33,192 bases of DNA from Desulfobacterales bacterium (GCA_025454275.1 JALOOS010000005.1:1-33192); one strand, 5' to 3'. Counted from the stretch's first letter, positions 8,054 through 18,070 are shown. Notes: generated by a model not told the origin, from the letters alone. A program made the numbers and translations.

Positions 8054-10411
8054 TCACTTCTCGAGTGCGATCTTCAGGACATCCGTCATCTTGTCGACGA
8101 AGTGAAAGCGGATCTCCTTCTGCACCTTTTTGGGGATGTCCTCGATGTCCTTCTGGTTCTCCTTGGGCAGGATCACGGTTTTGATGCCCGCCCGGTGGGC
8201 GGCCAGCACTTTTTCCTTGATGCCGCCGACCGGGAGCACCCGGCCGCGCAAGGTGATTTCGCCGGTCATCGCGAGATCCCGGACCACGCGCTGCTTGGTG
8301 AGAAAAGAGACGAGCGCCGTCAGCATCGTGACCCCGGCCGATGGCCCGTCCTTGGGGATGGCCCCGGCGGGGATGTGGATGTGAATGTCGAGGTTTTCGA
8401 AGGTCTCCTCGGAAATTCCCAGCCGCGAGGCCTTGGTGCGGATGAAGCTGAGCGCCGCCTGGGCGGACTCCTTCATCACATCGCCGAGCTGGCCGGTCAG
8501 AATCAGGCGGTCCTTGCCTTTCATGCCGGTGGCTTCCACGAAGAGGATGTCGCCGCCGAACTGAGTCCAGGCGAGCCCGGTCGCCACCCCGGGCGTCGAG
8601 GTGCGGGCCTTGGCCTCGGCGGTGAACTTCACCGGGCCCAGGTATTTGGCGATGGCCTGGGTCTTGATCGTCTCAGAGGTGACGCTCCCCTCGGCGACCC
8701 TGCTCGCCACCCCGCGGCAGATGGTGCCGATCTCCCGTTCCAGGTTGCGCAGACCCGCCTCGCGCGTGTAGCCGGAGATGATGTGCCGCAGGGCGCCGCG
8801 GCTGAAGCGGACCTGTCCGGCTTTCAGCCCGTTCGCCTCCCGCTGGCGGGGGATGAGGTGGCGCTCGGCGATGTGAACCTTCTCGTCCTCGGTGTAGCCC
8901 AGAAGCTGCAGCACCTCCATGCGGTCCCGCAGGGCCGGAGGGACGGTGTCGAGGATGTTGGCCGTGGCGATGAACATCACCTTCGACAGGTCGAAGGGGA
9001 CATCGAGGTAGTGGTCCTGGAAGGAGTGGTTCTGCTCGGGGTCGAGCACCTCCAGCAGGGCCGAGGAGGGGTCGCCGCGGAAGTCGGCGCCCAGCTTGTC
9101 GATTTCATCCAGCATGAAGACCGGGTTGTTGGACTCCGCGCGCCGGATGCCCTGGATGATCCGTCCCGGCAGGGCCCCGACATAGGTGCGCCGGTGGCCG
9201 CGGATTTCGGCCTCGTCGCGCACCCCGCCGAGCGACATGCGGTGGAACTTGCGTCCCAGCGCCCGTGCGATCGACTGGCCGAGGGAGGTCTTGCCGGTGC
9301 CGGGCGGGCCGGCGAAGCAGAGGATCGGCCCCTTGGAGTCCGGCTTGAGCTTGCGCACGGCCAGGTACTCGATGATGCGCCGCTTGGGTTTCTCCAGGCC
9401 GTAGTGGTCGTCGTCGAGCACCTTGCGGGCTTTTCTGATGTCGAGGTTGTCCTCGGTCCCCTGGTGCCAGGGCAGAGCGGTCAGCCAGTCGAGAAAGGTG
9501 GTGGCGACCGTGTACTCCGCCGAGGAGGGATGCATGCGCGCCAGGCGCTCCAGTTCGCGGTCGGCCTCCTTGGCCGCCTCCGGCGGCAGGTTCTTCTCCT
9601 TGACCTTGGCCCGGTACTCTTCGATCTCCACCGAGCCCTCGTCTTTTTCCCCCAGCTCGCTCCGGATCGCCTTGAGCTGCTCGCGCAGGTAGTACTCGCG
9701 CTGCTTTTTGTCCATGTCCTCCTTGACCTGGTCGTGGATCTTCTTGCCGAGCTCAAGGATTTCGAGCTGCTTGTTGAGGATGCGGCTGACGAGCTTCAGG
9801 CGTTCGCCGACCGGCAGGGTTTCGAGCACCTTCTGTTTTTCCTCCATGGAGGCGTTGAGGGAGGAGGCGATCATGTCGGCCAGGGTTCCCGGCTCCTTGA
9901 TCGACTGCGCCATGTACACCACCTCGGCCGGCAGCGTCGGGGAGTGCTGCACCACCCGGGCGAAGAGGTTGACGACGGTGGTCATCAGCGCCTCGATCTC
10001 GGTGTCCCGGGCGGGGTCCTCCTCCAGGTGCTCGACGGCGGCCTGCTGGAAGGGCTTGCCCTCGGCCGGCTGAATCTGCTTGATGCGGAAGCGGCCCAGC
10101 CCCTGCACCAGCAGCTGGGTGCGGTTCTCCGGGGTCTTGGCCATCTTCAGGATCATCGCGCTCGTGCCGATGGCAGCGTAGTGGTCGGCGGGCGGCATGG
10201 CCTCGGGGTTTTCCGCGGAGCGGGCCGGCACCATGCCCAGCATGCGGTCCTTGGACATGGCCTCGTCGATCAGCTGGACCGAGTCCGGGTGCACGACCAT
10301 GAGCGGGAAGACCATTTTCGGGAAGAGCACGTTGTCGGTGATGGGCAGGACGGGCAGGACCCCGGGCATCTTGGCCGCGCCCGGTTGCTCCGGCGCTTTT
10401 TCGTCAGTCAT
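8054..10411 (-). CDS. lon: ATP-dependent Lon protease (LonA type)
   Basis: 785 aa. Lon N-domain, Walker [23 protein letters not shown], Walker B MLDEIDK, catalytic Ser in PKDGPSAG and Lys in VGGIKEK. Confidence 0.97.
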   Translation of the reverse strand: MTDEKAPEQPGAAKMPGVLPVLPITDNVLFPKMVFPLMVVHPDSVQLIDEAMSKDRMLGMVPARSAENPEAMPPADHYAAIGTSAMILKMAKTPENRTQLLVQGLGRFRIKQIQPAEGKPFQQAAVEHLEEDPARDTEIEALMTTVVNLFARVVQHSPTLPAEVVYMAQSIKEPGTLADMIASSLNASMEEKQKVLETLPVGERLKLVSRILNKQLEILELGKKIHDQVKEDMDKKQREYYLREQLKAIRSELGEKDEGSVEIEEYRAKVKEKNLPPEAAKEADRELERLARMHPSSAEYTVATTFLDWLTALPWHQGTEDNLDIRKARKVLDDDHYGLEKPKRRIIEYLAVRKLKPDSKGPILCFAGPPGTGKTSLGQSIARALGRKFHRMSLGGVRDEAEIRGHRRTYVGALPGRIIQGIRRAESNNPVFMLDEIDKLGADFRGDPSSALLEVLDPEQNHSFQDHYLDVPFDLSKVMFIATANILDTVPPALRDRMEVLQLLGYTEDEKVHIAERHLIPRQREANGLKAGQVRFSRGALRHIISGYTREAGLRNLEREIGTICRGVASRVAEGSVTSETIKTQAIAKYLGPVKFTAEAKARTSTPGVATGLAWTQFGGDILFVEATGMKGKDRLILTGQLGDVMKESAQAALSFIRTKASRLGISEETFENLDIHIHIPAGAIPKDGPSAGVTMLTALVSFLTKQRVVRDLAMTGEITLRGRVLPVGGIKEKVLAAHRAGIKTVILPKENQKDIEDIPKKVQKEIRFHFVDKMTDVLKIALEK

Positions 10412-10486
10412 CGTCGTCTCCCTCTTTTGCGGCCGTGACGGCAGCCACCGCGGTCGCCGTGCAGGCGTCAGCGGGCGATTTCACGG

Positions 10487-10933
10487 TTATTCGTCGGCGA
10501 TGGGCACCTTCACTGCCTGATCGGTGGGCCGTTTCACCAGGCGGATTTCCAGGAACCCGTTCTTGGAGGCCGCCGATACCTTGTCCGGGTCGATCGGGCT
10601 CGGCAGGAACAGGATGCGCTCGAAACGGCCGTACTGGATCTCGGCCAGCCGGTAGGTGTTTTCCGGGCCGCAGGCCGGCGCCTGGCGTTGCCCCTGGATG
10701 CGCACCGCCTTGCTGCTGATCTCCACCTCGATGTCCTGCCCGGAGACGCCGCCGACCTCCGCCATGATCACGATCTGCTCCGGCGTTTCGTACATGTCCA
10801 TCGGCGGCCGCCAGGTCCGTTCGGACAGCATGAAGGAGGGGCCCATCGAGCCGAGCATGTCCTCCAGGGTCTTTTCAAAACGGGAGGAGAGCTCATCGAA
10901 GTTGTCTCCGAATCGAATCTTGAAGAATTCCAT
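10487..10933 (-). CDS. Hsp20/alpha-crystallin small heat-shock protein
   Basis: Motifs WRPPMDMYET, EIQYGRFERILFLP, NGFLEIRL. Lies directly upstream of lon. Confidence 0.92.
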   Translation of the reverse strand: MEFFKIRFGDNFDELSSRFEKTLEDMLGSMGPSFMLSERTWRPPMDMYETPEQIVIMAEVGGVSGQDIEVEISSKAVRIQGQRQAPACGPENTYRLAEIQYGRFERILFLPSPIDPDKVSAASKNGFLEIRLVKRPTDQAVKVPIADE

Positions 10934-11013
10934 GGCGAGTTCCTTGATCGTTGAGGGTCCTCGGGAAGGATGCGCCGACTGATCCGGTGGAAGTGGTTTT
11001 ACAATCCCGTCTG

Positions 11014-11051
11014 ACGGCCGCGGGTCCCACCGCGGCGGGACCCGCGGCCGT
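11014..11051. other. 15-bp GC-rich inverted repeat between epmA and hsp20
   Basis: ACGGCCGCGGGTCCC-8 nt-GGGACCCGCGGCCGT with no U-tract. Could be a terminator or a 5'UTR structure. Confidence 0.5.
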
Positions 11052-11157
11052 GATCCGAGGTTATCGAAACGCTTCTAGCACATGTCGGAGGGCAAGTAAA
11101 CCCATGCCGAACGCAGGGGGCGGCCGGGTGGGGAGGAGGTTAGACACCCTCCGGTGC

Positions 11158-12066
11158 TCAGAGCGCCTCCGGCACAAAGGCCACGACCGCGTCGATCGCG
11201 GCCGCATCGCAGAAGAGCATCGCCAGCCGATCGAGGCCGAGTGCGTTTCCGGCGCAGGCGGGCAGGTCGGCCAGTGCCGCAAGGAATCGCTCCGGCAGCG
11301 GGGTCACGGTTTTTCCGGCGGCGCGCTGGCGCTCCTGCTCGGCTTCGAATCGGCGCCGCTGCTCGCGCGGCTCGTTCAGCTCGCTGAAGCCGTTGCAAAG
11401 CTCCAGGCCGCCGATGTAAAGCTCGAAGCGTTCGGCCACCCTTGGATCGCCGGGCTTCAGGCGGGCGAGAGAAGCGTGTTCGGCGGGGTAGTCGACCAGG
11501 AAGGTCGGCCGCTGTCGGCCGAGATGAGGTTCGATCGCAAGCCCCATCCATTCGTCGAAGCGGCCCTGCGCCAGGGCCTCCGCGACCGGAACGGGAGCGA
11601 AGCGGGAGAAGGCTTCGGCCACGCTCAGCCGCTCCCAGGGCAGGGAGAGATCGATCGCAAGCCCCTGGTAGGTGAGCGTTCGGTCCGAGCCCAGCTCGCC
11701 CGCAATGGAGCGCACCAGCGCCTCGCAGTCGCGCATCAGGTCGTTGTAGGAGGCGCCGGCGGCATACCACTCGATCAGGGTCATCTCCGGCAGGTGCCGC
11801 CGCCCCCGCTCCGCCTTGCGGAAACATTTGCTGATCTGGAAGATGCGTTCGCAGCCGGCGGCGAGCAGCCGTTTCATGCAGATTTCGGGCGAGGGCTGCA
11901 GCACCCACCCCTCGGCGGTGATGAACTCGATGTGGGCCTCGGGCAGCGCCGCCGGCAGGCGCAGCGGGGTCTCCACCTCGAGGTAGCCGCCGGAACGGAA
12001 GAAACGGCGGACAGCGTCCACGATTGCGGCGCGTCGCTCCAGATTGCGTTGGTTGGGGTGCGGCAT
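11158..12066 (-). CDS. epmA: EF-P beta-lysyl transferase EpmA (GenX/PoxA)
   Basis: 302-aa class II LysRS-like catalytic domain with no anticodon domain. Motifs LEVETP, LQPSPEICMKRLL, HLPEMTLIEWY, ERFELYIGGLELCNGFSEL, ALGLDRL. Confidence 0.92.
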   Translation of the reverse strand: MPHPNQRNLERRAAIVDAVRRFFRSGGYLEVETPLRLPAALPEAHIEFITAEGWVLQPSPEICMKRLLAAGCERIFQISKCFRKAERGRRHLPEMTLIEWYAAGASYNDLMRDCEALVRSIAGELGSDRTLTYQGLAIDLSLPWERLSVAEAFSRFAPVPVAEALAQGRFDEWMGLAIEPHLGRQRPTFLVDYPAEHASLARLKPGDPRVAERFELYIGGLELCNGFSELNEPREQRRRFEAEQERQRAAGKTVTPLPERFLAALADLPACAGNALGLDRLAMLFCDAAAIDAVVAFVPEAL

Positions 12067-12263
12067 AATTTAAAATCGGGCAGGCCGGCGCACCCGCCGC
12101 CGGGTCGTTGCAGCCTCGCGCATTTGCTGATATGACCTCTCTACATCATGATATTTCCCGGCGTCAAACGCGCGCCGGCCGAGGCCGCCGGGAGCGGTCA
12201 CGACCCGATCCGCCGGGGCCGCTCAGACGGCCGATCGGATGACGCCGACGAAAGGACATTCAG

Positions 12264-12362
12264 ATGGCCAAATCGCAGGATGTGAAGAAGGACGCCAAGA
12301 AGCAGCCCAAGAAAACGCTCAAGGAGAAGCGCCAGGAGAAGAAGCTGAAGAAAAAGCAGTAG
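12264..12362 (+). CDS. Small lysine-rich protein (32 aa, MAKSQDVKKDAKKQPKKTLKEKRQEKKLKKKQ)
   Basis: AAAGGA SD 7 nt upstream, AAG-dominated codons matching host bias, stop followed at once by a hairpin. Not listed in the ORF track. Confidence 0.7.
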   Translation: MAKSQDVKKDAKKQPKKTLKEKRQEKKLKKKQ

Positions 12363-12364
12363 CC

Positions 12365-12398
12365 ATGTTTCCTGCGCCGCCGGCGGCGCAGGAAACAT
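12365..12398. terminator. Perfect 34-bp palindrome, likely a terminator between convergent genes
   Basis: ATGTTTCCTGCGCCGCC|GGCGGCGCAGGAAACAT, starting 2 nt after the small-ORF stop. Confidence 0.55.
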
Positions 12399-12472
12399 TC
12401 ATGTGCACAAAAAGTTCTCGCCGGGCGGGATGGCCTGCGGTCGCATTCCTCTTCCGGGTGAGTCCCTCGGGG

Positions 12473-12808
12473 CTAGTAGCGCCGGCCGCCGCCGGCGCCG
12501 CGCGCGAACCCGGAACCGGGACGGCCGCCGCGGCCGCCGCCGAAGCCGCCCTCCCGCTCTTTGCGCTCCCGGGCCTCGCTGACGGTGATCCGCTTGCCGC
12601 GCAACTCCCCTCCGTTGAACTGCGCGATCGCCTTCTGGGCCTCCTCCTCGCTTTCCATCTCCACGAACCCGAACCCTTTGCTCTGGTTGGAAAACCGGTC
12701 CTTTATGATGGCGACGGAGGCCACTTTGCCCACGGATGAAAAATTGTGGGTCAGGTCCGTTTCCGTGACATCGCTCGCCAGATTGCCGATGTAAAGCCGC
12801 TTGTTCAT
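12473..12808 (-). CDS. RRM (RNP-1) RNA-binding protein with Gly/Arg-rich tail
   Basis: Start MNKRLYIGNL (RNP2), KGFGFVEM (RNP1), tail GGFGGGRGGRPG...GGGRRY; 111 aa. Confidence 0.93.
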   Translation of the reverse strand: MNKRLYIGNLASDVTETDLTHNFSSVGKVASVAIIKDRFSNQSKGFGFVEMESEEEAQKAIAQFNGGELRGKRITVSEARERKEREGGFGGGRGGRPGSGFARGAGGGRRY

Positions 12809-12868
12809 GATCCAGATCCTTTCATTTTCGTAAAGGGTGGGGTGCCGGGCGGCCGCTGATGCGGACAG

Positions 12869-12902
12869 AAAAAAACCACCACACTTTGTATAGTGTGGTG
12901 GT
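12869..12902 (-). terminator. Intrinsic terminator within the leader of the RRM gene
   Basis: Minus strand ACCACCACACT-ATACAA-AGTGTGGTGGT followed by a T-run, about 60 nt upstream of the RRM start. Confidence 0.65.
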
Positions 12903-12980
12903 CTCATCCGACACTTCAAAATGTTGGTCCACCCCTGTCGGCCGCGGCGGCCATCGATATCGTTCCGCTGGGGCAGTGAT

Positions 12981-13009
12981 AAACTAACCCAAAACAGGTG
13001 GCCGGTCAA
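12981..13009 (-). promoter_or_regulatory. Putative sigma70 promoter for the RRM gene leader
   Basis: TTGACC-17 nt-TAGTTT. Confidence 0.5.
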
Positions 13010-13041
13010 GGGCATATTTCGCTTCCGCAAACACCGATTGC

Positions 13042-13070
13042 TTGAAACCCGTCCGAAATTTAGATAAATT
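13042..13070 (+). promoter_or_regulatory. Putative sigma70 promoter for the ABC exporter operon
   Basis: TTGAAA-17 nt-TAAATT, about 30 nt upstream of the GTG start, which has an AGGAGG SD. Confidence 0.45.
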
Positions 13071-13099
13071 CAACAGATAGGGCCGTAAAAAGGAGGGCC

Positions 13100-14266
13100 G
13101 TGAAAAAGCGCTTGATTCTTGTGGCATTCGTGCTGCTGGTGGCCGCTGTCGGCGCTCTGGTTCTATGGGGCCAACGCGCCCGCCGCGCCGCCGAGCGCTA
13201 TTACTCCGGTACGATCGAGGCGACTCAGGCCCGCCTCTCCTTCCAGGTCAGCGGCCGGGTGCAGGCGGTTCCGGCGGACGAGGGCCGGTGGGTGCAGCCG
13301 GGCGAGGTCATGGCCATCCTTGAACGGGAGGAGTTCGACGCGCAGCTTGAGCAGGCGCGGGCGGCGTTGCGCCGGGCCGAGGAGGCGGTCAAACAGGCCG
13401 AGGTCGCCCTCCAGGTCGGCCGCCGGGTGCTGCCGGCGGAGGTCGAGCGGGCCGAGGCGGCCGTCAAGGCCCTGGAGGCGCAGCGCCTGCAGGCGGAGAA
13501 GGGATTCCGCATCCAGGAGGTCGAGCGCGCGCGGCTGGCGGTCGAAGCCGCCCGGGCGACGCTCGACAATGCCCGCCGGGAAAAGGAGCGCAACGAGGCG
13601 CTCTTCCGGAAGGGGGTCGTGGCCGAACGCACCCGGGACAATGCCGATCTGGCCTTCCAGACCGCGCTCCGGGAACACGGCCGGGCACTGGAGGCCTACC
13701 GGCTGGCCCAGGAAGGCTCACGACCCGAGGAGATCGATACGGCCCGCTCACGGCTCGAGGAGGGGCAGGCCGCCCTGCGGCTGGCCCGGAGCAACCTCCA
13801 GCGGCTGCAAGCCTTCGAGCAGGAAGTGGAGTCCGCCCGCGCCCAGGCGGCCGCCGCGCGCGCCGCGCTCCATCTGGCGGAGATTCAGCGCAACCGCACC
13901 GAGCTCAGGGCGCCCTTTGCCGGCATCGTTCTCAGCCGCAGCCTCGAGCCGGGCGAGGTGGTTTCGCCCGGCCGCGAGGTGCTCTCCATCGCCGATCTGA
14001 GCACGGTGGATCTCAAGATTTTCGTGAGTGAGACCGAGATCGGCCGGGTTGTGCCGGGCCAGGCGGTGGAGGTGCGGATCGATACCTTTCCCGACCGGGT
14101 CTACCCTGGGCATGTGGCCTACATATCTCCCCAGGCCGAGTTCACCCCGCGAATCATCCAGACCCCGCAGGAGCGGGTCAAACTGGTCTACCTGGTGAAG
14201 ATCACGGTCGCCAACCCGAACCTGGAGCTTAAGCCCGGGATGCCCGCCGATGCCTGGTTGCGTTGA
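13100..14266 (+). CDS. HlyD-family membrane fusion protein (YbhG-like)
   Basis: N-terminal TM anchor, SGTIEA, long coiled coil, LRAPFAG, ISPQAEFTPRIIQT, LKPGMPAD. Confidence 0.9.
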   Translation: MKKRLILVAFVLLVAAVGALVLWGQRARRAAERYYSGTIEATQARLSFQVSGRVQAVPADEGRWVQPGEVMAILEREEFDAQLEQARAALRRAEEAVKQAEVALQVGRRVLPAEVERAEAAVKALEAQRLQAEKGFRIQEVERARLAVEAARATLDNARREKERNEALFRKGVVAERTRDNADLAFQTALREHGRALEAYRLAQEGSRPEEIDTARSRLEEGQAALRLARSNLQRLQAFEQEVESARAQAAAARAALHLAEIQRNRTELRAPFAGIVLSRSLEPGEVVSPGREVLSIADLSTVDLKIFVSETEIGRVVPGQAVEVRIDTFPDRVYPGHVAYISPQAEFTPRIIQTPQERVKLVYLVKITVANPNLELKPGMPADAWLR

Positions 14267-15041
14267 GCCGCCCCGGGACGCCTCCCGCGCGTCCGGAGAC
14301 ATCGCCGTGGAGGGGGTCAGCCGGCGCTTCGGCGCTCTCACGGCCGTCAGCGCGGTCTCCTTCCATGTTCCGCAGGGGGAGCTGGTCGGCCTCGTGGGCT
14401 CCGACGGCGCCGGCAAGACCACGCTCCTGCGGATGATCGCCGCCCTGCTGCCGCCGAGTGCCGGGTCGATCCGGGTGGGCGGCCTCGATACGGTGGCCGC
14501 CCGCACCGGCGTTAAACGGCGGATCGGCTACATGCCCCAGCGCTTCGGCCTCTACGCCGACCTCACGGTGGCCGAAAACCTCGACTTCGTCATGGACGTC
14601 GGCGGTATCTCCGGCGCCGAACGCCGCCGCCGCCGCGAGCGCTATCTTGCCTTTTCGAACCTTTCGCCCTTTGTCGACCGCCGCGCCGGGGATCTCTCCG
14701 GGGGGATGAAACAGAAGCTGGGCCTGGCCTGCGTGCTCGTGCACGAGCCCGCGGTGCTGATTCTGGATGAGCCCACCAGCGGGGTGGACCCGGTCTCGCG
14801 TCAGGAGTTCTGGGAGATTCTCTCCGGCATGAACGCCGCGGGCATGACGATCCTCTTCTCCACGGCCTACCTCGACGAGGGGGAGCGCTGCCGGCGGCTG
14901 CTCGTGATGCACAACGCCCGCATCCTGGCCGACGCGGCGCCCGGGGCGATCCGGGCCGGCTTCAGCTCGCTCGAGGAGGCCATGATCGCGCGGCTGCAGT
15001 CGGCGGACGCGGCCCTGAGCGAGGAGCGCCTTGGGACCTGA
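14250..15041 (+). CDS. ABC exporter ATP-binding protein (like the N-terminal half of YbhF)
   Basis: GSDGAGKTT, LSGGMKQK, LILDEPT, STAY. Start codon uncertain. Confidence 0.88.
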   Translation: MPGCVEPPRDASRASGDIAVEGVSRRFGALTAVSAVSFHVPQGELVGLVGSDGAGKTTLLRMIAALLPPSAGSIRVGGLDTVAARTGVKRRIGYMPQRFGLYADLTVAENLDFVMDVGGISGAERRRRRERYLAFSNLSPFVDRRAGDLSGGMKQKLGLACVLVHEPAVLILDEPTSGVDPVSRQEFWEILSGMNAAGMTILFSTAYLDEGERCRRLLVMHNARILADAAPGAIRAGFSSLEEAMIARLQSADAALSEERLGT

Positions 15042-15777
15042 TGCCGTCCATGTGACCGATCTCGTCAAGCGCTTCGGCCGGTTCACGGCGGTCGACCGCA
15101 TCAGTTTCTCCGTGCGCCCGGGGGAGATCTTCGGGTTCCTGGGGCCGAACGGCGCCGGCAAATCCACCACCATCCGCATGCTCTGCGGGATCATTGCACC
15201 CACGAGCGGCGCGGGCCGGGTCGCAGGGTGCGATTTGATGGCGGAGCCGGAGCAGGTCAAGCAGCGGATCGGGTACATGTCCCAGAAATTCTCCCTCTAC
15301 CCCGACCTGACCCCGTTCGAGAACATCCGTTTCTATCTCGGGATCTACGCCGTGCCGGAGCCCCAGTGGGCCGAGCGCAGTGCCTGGTGCCTGCAGTTGA
15401 CCCGACTCGAGGCGGTCCGCAGCCGCCTCACCCGGGAGCTTCCCCCCGGCTGGCGCCAGCGCCTGGCGCTCGGCTGCGCGCTGCTCCACCGTCCGCAGCT
15501 GCTCTTTCTGGATGAACCGACCTCGGGGGTCGACCCGGTCACCCGGCGCCGTTTCTGGGACTTCATCCGCGGGCTTGCGGCCGAAGGGGTGACGGTCTTC
15601 GTGACCACCCATTACATGGACGAGGCCCGCCACTGCGACCGCGTGGTGATGATCAATGCCGGCCGGATCGTGGACGGCGGTCCGCCGGCGGAGATCGTCC
15701 GCCGCGCCTGCCCCGATCGGCCGGCGGCCGACCTGAACGACGCCTTCGTGGCCCTGGTGCGGCGGGGTGTCCCATGA
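15031..15777 (+). CDS. ABC exporter ATP-binding protein (like the C-terminal half of YbhF)
   Basis: GPNGAGKST, degenerate signature LPPGWRQR, LFLDEPT, TTHYMDEA. TTG start with GAGGAG SD. Confidence 0.9.
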   Translation: MGPDAVHVTDLVKRFGRFTAVDRISFSVRPGEIFGFLGPNGAGKSTTIRMLCGIIAPTSGAGRVAGCDLMAEPEQVKQRIGYMSQKFSLYPDLTPFENIRFYLGIYAVPEPQWAERSAWCLQLTRLEAVRSRLTRELPPGWRQRLALGCALLHRPQLLFLDEPTSGVDPVTRRRFWDFIRGLAAEGVTVFVTTHYMDEARHCDRVVMINAGRIVDGGPPAEIVRRACPDRPAADLNDAFVALVRRGVP

Positions 15778-16907
15778 CGGCGCGCACCATAGCGGCCATC
15801 GCCCGCAAGGAGAGCCTGCACCTGATGCGCGACCCCCGCAGCCTGGTGCTGGCCTTTGCCATCCCGGCGCTCCTGATCCTGCTCTTCGGGGCGGCCCTGA
15901 GCCTGGACGTCGAGCACATCGCCACGGCGGTGGTCGACCACGACCGCACCCCCGAGAGCCGGGATTTCATCCGCCGGCTGGATGCCTCCGTCAGCTTCGA
16001 CGTGACGCGCCATGCGGCGAGCGCGGCCGAGCTGACCGACCTCCTCGACCGCAACCGGGTGGTGATGGGGGTCGTGATACCGCCCGGCTGGGCGGCCGCG
16101 CTGCGGGCCGACCGCCCCGCACCGCTGCAGGTGATCATCGACGGCAGCGACCCCAACACCGCCGGCAACACCCGGGCCTTCATCACGGCTTTCATCGCCG
16201 GGCTCAACGAAGGGCAGTTGATCGATTTCCTCAACCGCGGGGGGCTGGAGCCCATCCAGCCGCCGGTGGAGGGCCGCATCCGGGTGTGGTTCAACGAAGA
16301 CCTGCAGAGCCGCAATTTCATCGTGCCCGGGATCATCGCGGTCATCATCATGATCGTGGCGGCGCTGCTCACCTCGCTCGTGATCGCGCGCGAGGTCGAA
16401 ACCGGCACCATGGAGACCCTGCGCACCCTGCCGGTGGGGGCCGCGGAGCTTTTCCTCGGCAAGGCGGGACCCTACTTTCTGATCGCGTTGGCCGATGTCT
16501 TCCTCGCCATCCTGATGGGGCAGCTGCTCTTCGGGGTGGTGATGCGCTCCAGTTTCTGGTTGATGGTGCTCGCCTCGACGGTCTACATCGGGGTGGCCCT
16601 CTGCCTGGGGCTGCTGATCTCGACCGCGATCCCATCCCAGCTCGTGGCGAACCAGGTGGCTGTCCTGACGACCTATCTGCCCTCGCTCCTGCTCTCGGAT
16701 TTCGTCTTCCCCCGGGCGAACATGCCGGTGCCGCTGCAGCTGCTCTCCCAGCTGATGCCGGCCACCTACTACATCGACATCCTGAACGGGCTTTACCTGC
16801 GCAACCTCTCGCTGCCCGATCTCTGGCCGAGCTTTCTCGTGCTCGCCCTGATGCTGGCCGTGCTGGCGGCGGCGGGCATTCTCGCCCTCGCCCGGGAGGG
16901 CCTCTGA
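15774..16907 (+). CDS. ABC-2 type permease (YbhS-like)
   Basis: RKESLHLMRDPR, QVIIDGSDPN, VWFNEDL, AREVETGTMETL, multiple TM helices. Confidence 0.9.
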   Translation: MTARTIAAIARKESLHLMRDPRSLVLAFAIPALLILLFGAALSLDVEHIATAVVDHDRTPESRDFIRRLDASVSFDVTRHAASAAELTDLLDRNRVVMGVVIPPGWAAALRADRPAPLQVIIDGSDPNTAGNTRAFITAFIAGLNEGQLIDFLNRGGLEPIQPPVEGRIRVWFNEDLQSRNFIVPGIIAVIIMIVAALLTSLVIAREVETGTMETLRTLPVGAAELFLGKAGPYFLIALADVFLAILMGQLLFGVVMRSSFWLMVLASTVYIGVALCLGLLISTAIPSQLVANQVAVLTTYLPSLLLSDFVFPRANMPVPLQLLSQLMPATYYIDILNGLYLRNLSLPDLWPSFLVLALMLAVLAAAGILALAREGL

Positions 16908-16908
16908 C

Positions 16909-17995
16909 ATGAGCTGGCGGCGCGTGCGGGAGCTGATCCGCAAGGAGTTCATCCAGCTGTTCCGGGACCGCCGGAACCGGCCCCTGCTCGTCATTGCGCC
17001 GCTCATCCAGCTCGTGCTCTTCGGCTACGTCGTCACCACCGATGTGCGCGACATCCGGATGGCGCTGATCGATCTCTCCCGCACCCCGGAGAGCCGCCGC
17101 CTGGCCGACGCCTTCGACGCCAACCCGACCTTTCGCATCACCCACGTGCTCGAGAGCCCCGCGGCGCTGGACCGGCTGTTGGTCGAGCGCCGGGTGGACC
17201 TCGGGGTGCGGATCCCGCCCGATTTTGCGGCCGACATCCGCCGGGGGGATGAGCAACATGGCGGCTGTGCGCATCGCCTACGCCGCCAGCGTGATCGAGC
17301 GCTTCAACACCGAGCTCCTGCGCGAGCGCCATCGCGGGCGGATCGATTTCGGCGAGATCGACAGCCGCCTGCGCACCTGGTACAACCCCAACCTGGACAG
17401 CCGCTATTTCTACGTGCCGGGCATCGTCGCCTTCCTCGTGATGCTGCTCTCGCTGCTCTTCACCTCCATGGCCATCGTGCGCGAGACGGAAGCCGGGACC
17501 ATGGAGCAGCTGATCGTGACCCCGCTCCGCCCCGCCGAGCTCATCCTGGGCAAGACCATCCCGTTCATTCTCATCGCCCAGGCCCAGATGGTGCTGGTGA
17601 TCCTTTTCGCGCGGGGGTGGTTCGGCATCCCGATGGCGGGCAACGGGGCGCTGCTCCTGGCAGCGAGCTCGGTGTTCCTGCTGAGCACGCTCGGGATCGG
17701 GCTCCTTATTTCCACGGTCTCCCGGACCCAGCAGCAGGCCATGATGACCACCTTTTTCTTCATCCTGCCCTTTTTCATGCTGAGCGGCTTCGTCTTCCCC
17801 ATCGCCCATATGCCGGCGCCGATCCAGTGGCTGAACCACGCGAACCCCTTGAGCCATTTTCTGATCATCGTGCGGGGGGTGTTTTTGAAAGGCACGGGGT
17901 TTTCCGTGCTCTGGCCGCAGTTCCTGGAGATGGCCGTCATCGGTTGCCTGGTCTTCACCGCTGCGATCCGTCGGTTCCGCAAACGCCTGGAATAG
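16909..17995 (+). pseudogene. ABC-2 type permease (YbhR-like), frameshifted at ~17248
   Basis: N-part MSWRRVRELIRKEFIQLFRD...IPPDFAADIRRG is in one frame. C-part MSNMAAVRIAY...WYNPNL...RETEAGTMEQL...RRFRKRLE is in the next frame. About 12 residues present in the adjacent paralogue are absent at the junction. Confidence 0.8.
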
Positions 17996-18070
17996 GCGGC
18001 CGCCCCTGGCGGGGATGGCCACGGACACGGCGCTGTGATATAAGCATCGGCTCAGCCGCGAGGCCTTATC

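Noticed and set aside
11075-11101. Possible CIRCE element upstream of hsp20-lon (CTAGCAC...)
   Set aside because: Only a partial left arm is present, with no GAGTGCTAA right arm at 9-nt spacing.
14250-15777. Split YbhF-like ATPase as a third frameshift lesion
   Set aside because: Each half is a complete ATPase domain and the second has its own SD and start, so this looks like a natural two-gene arrangement.
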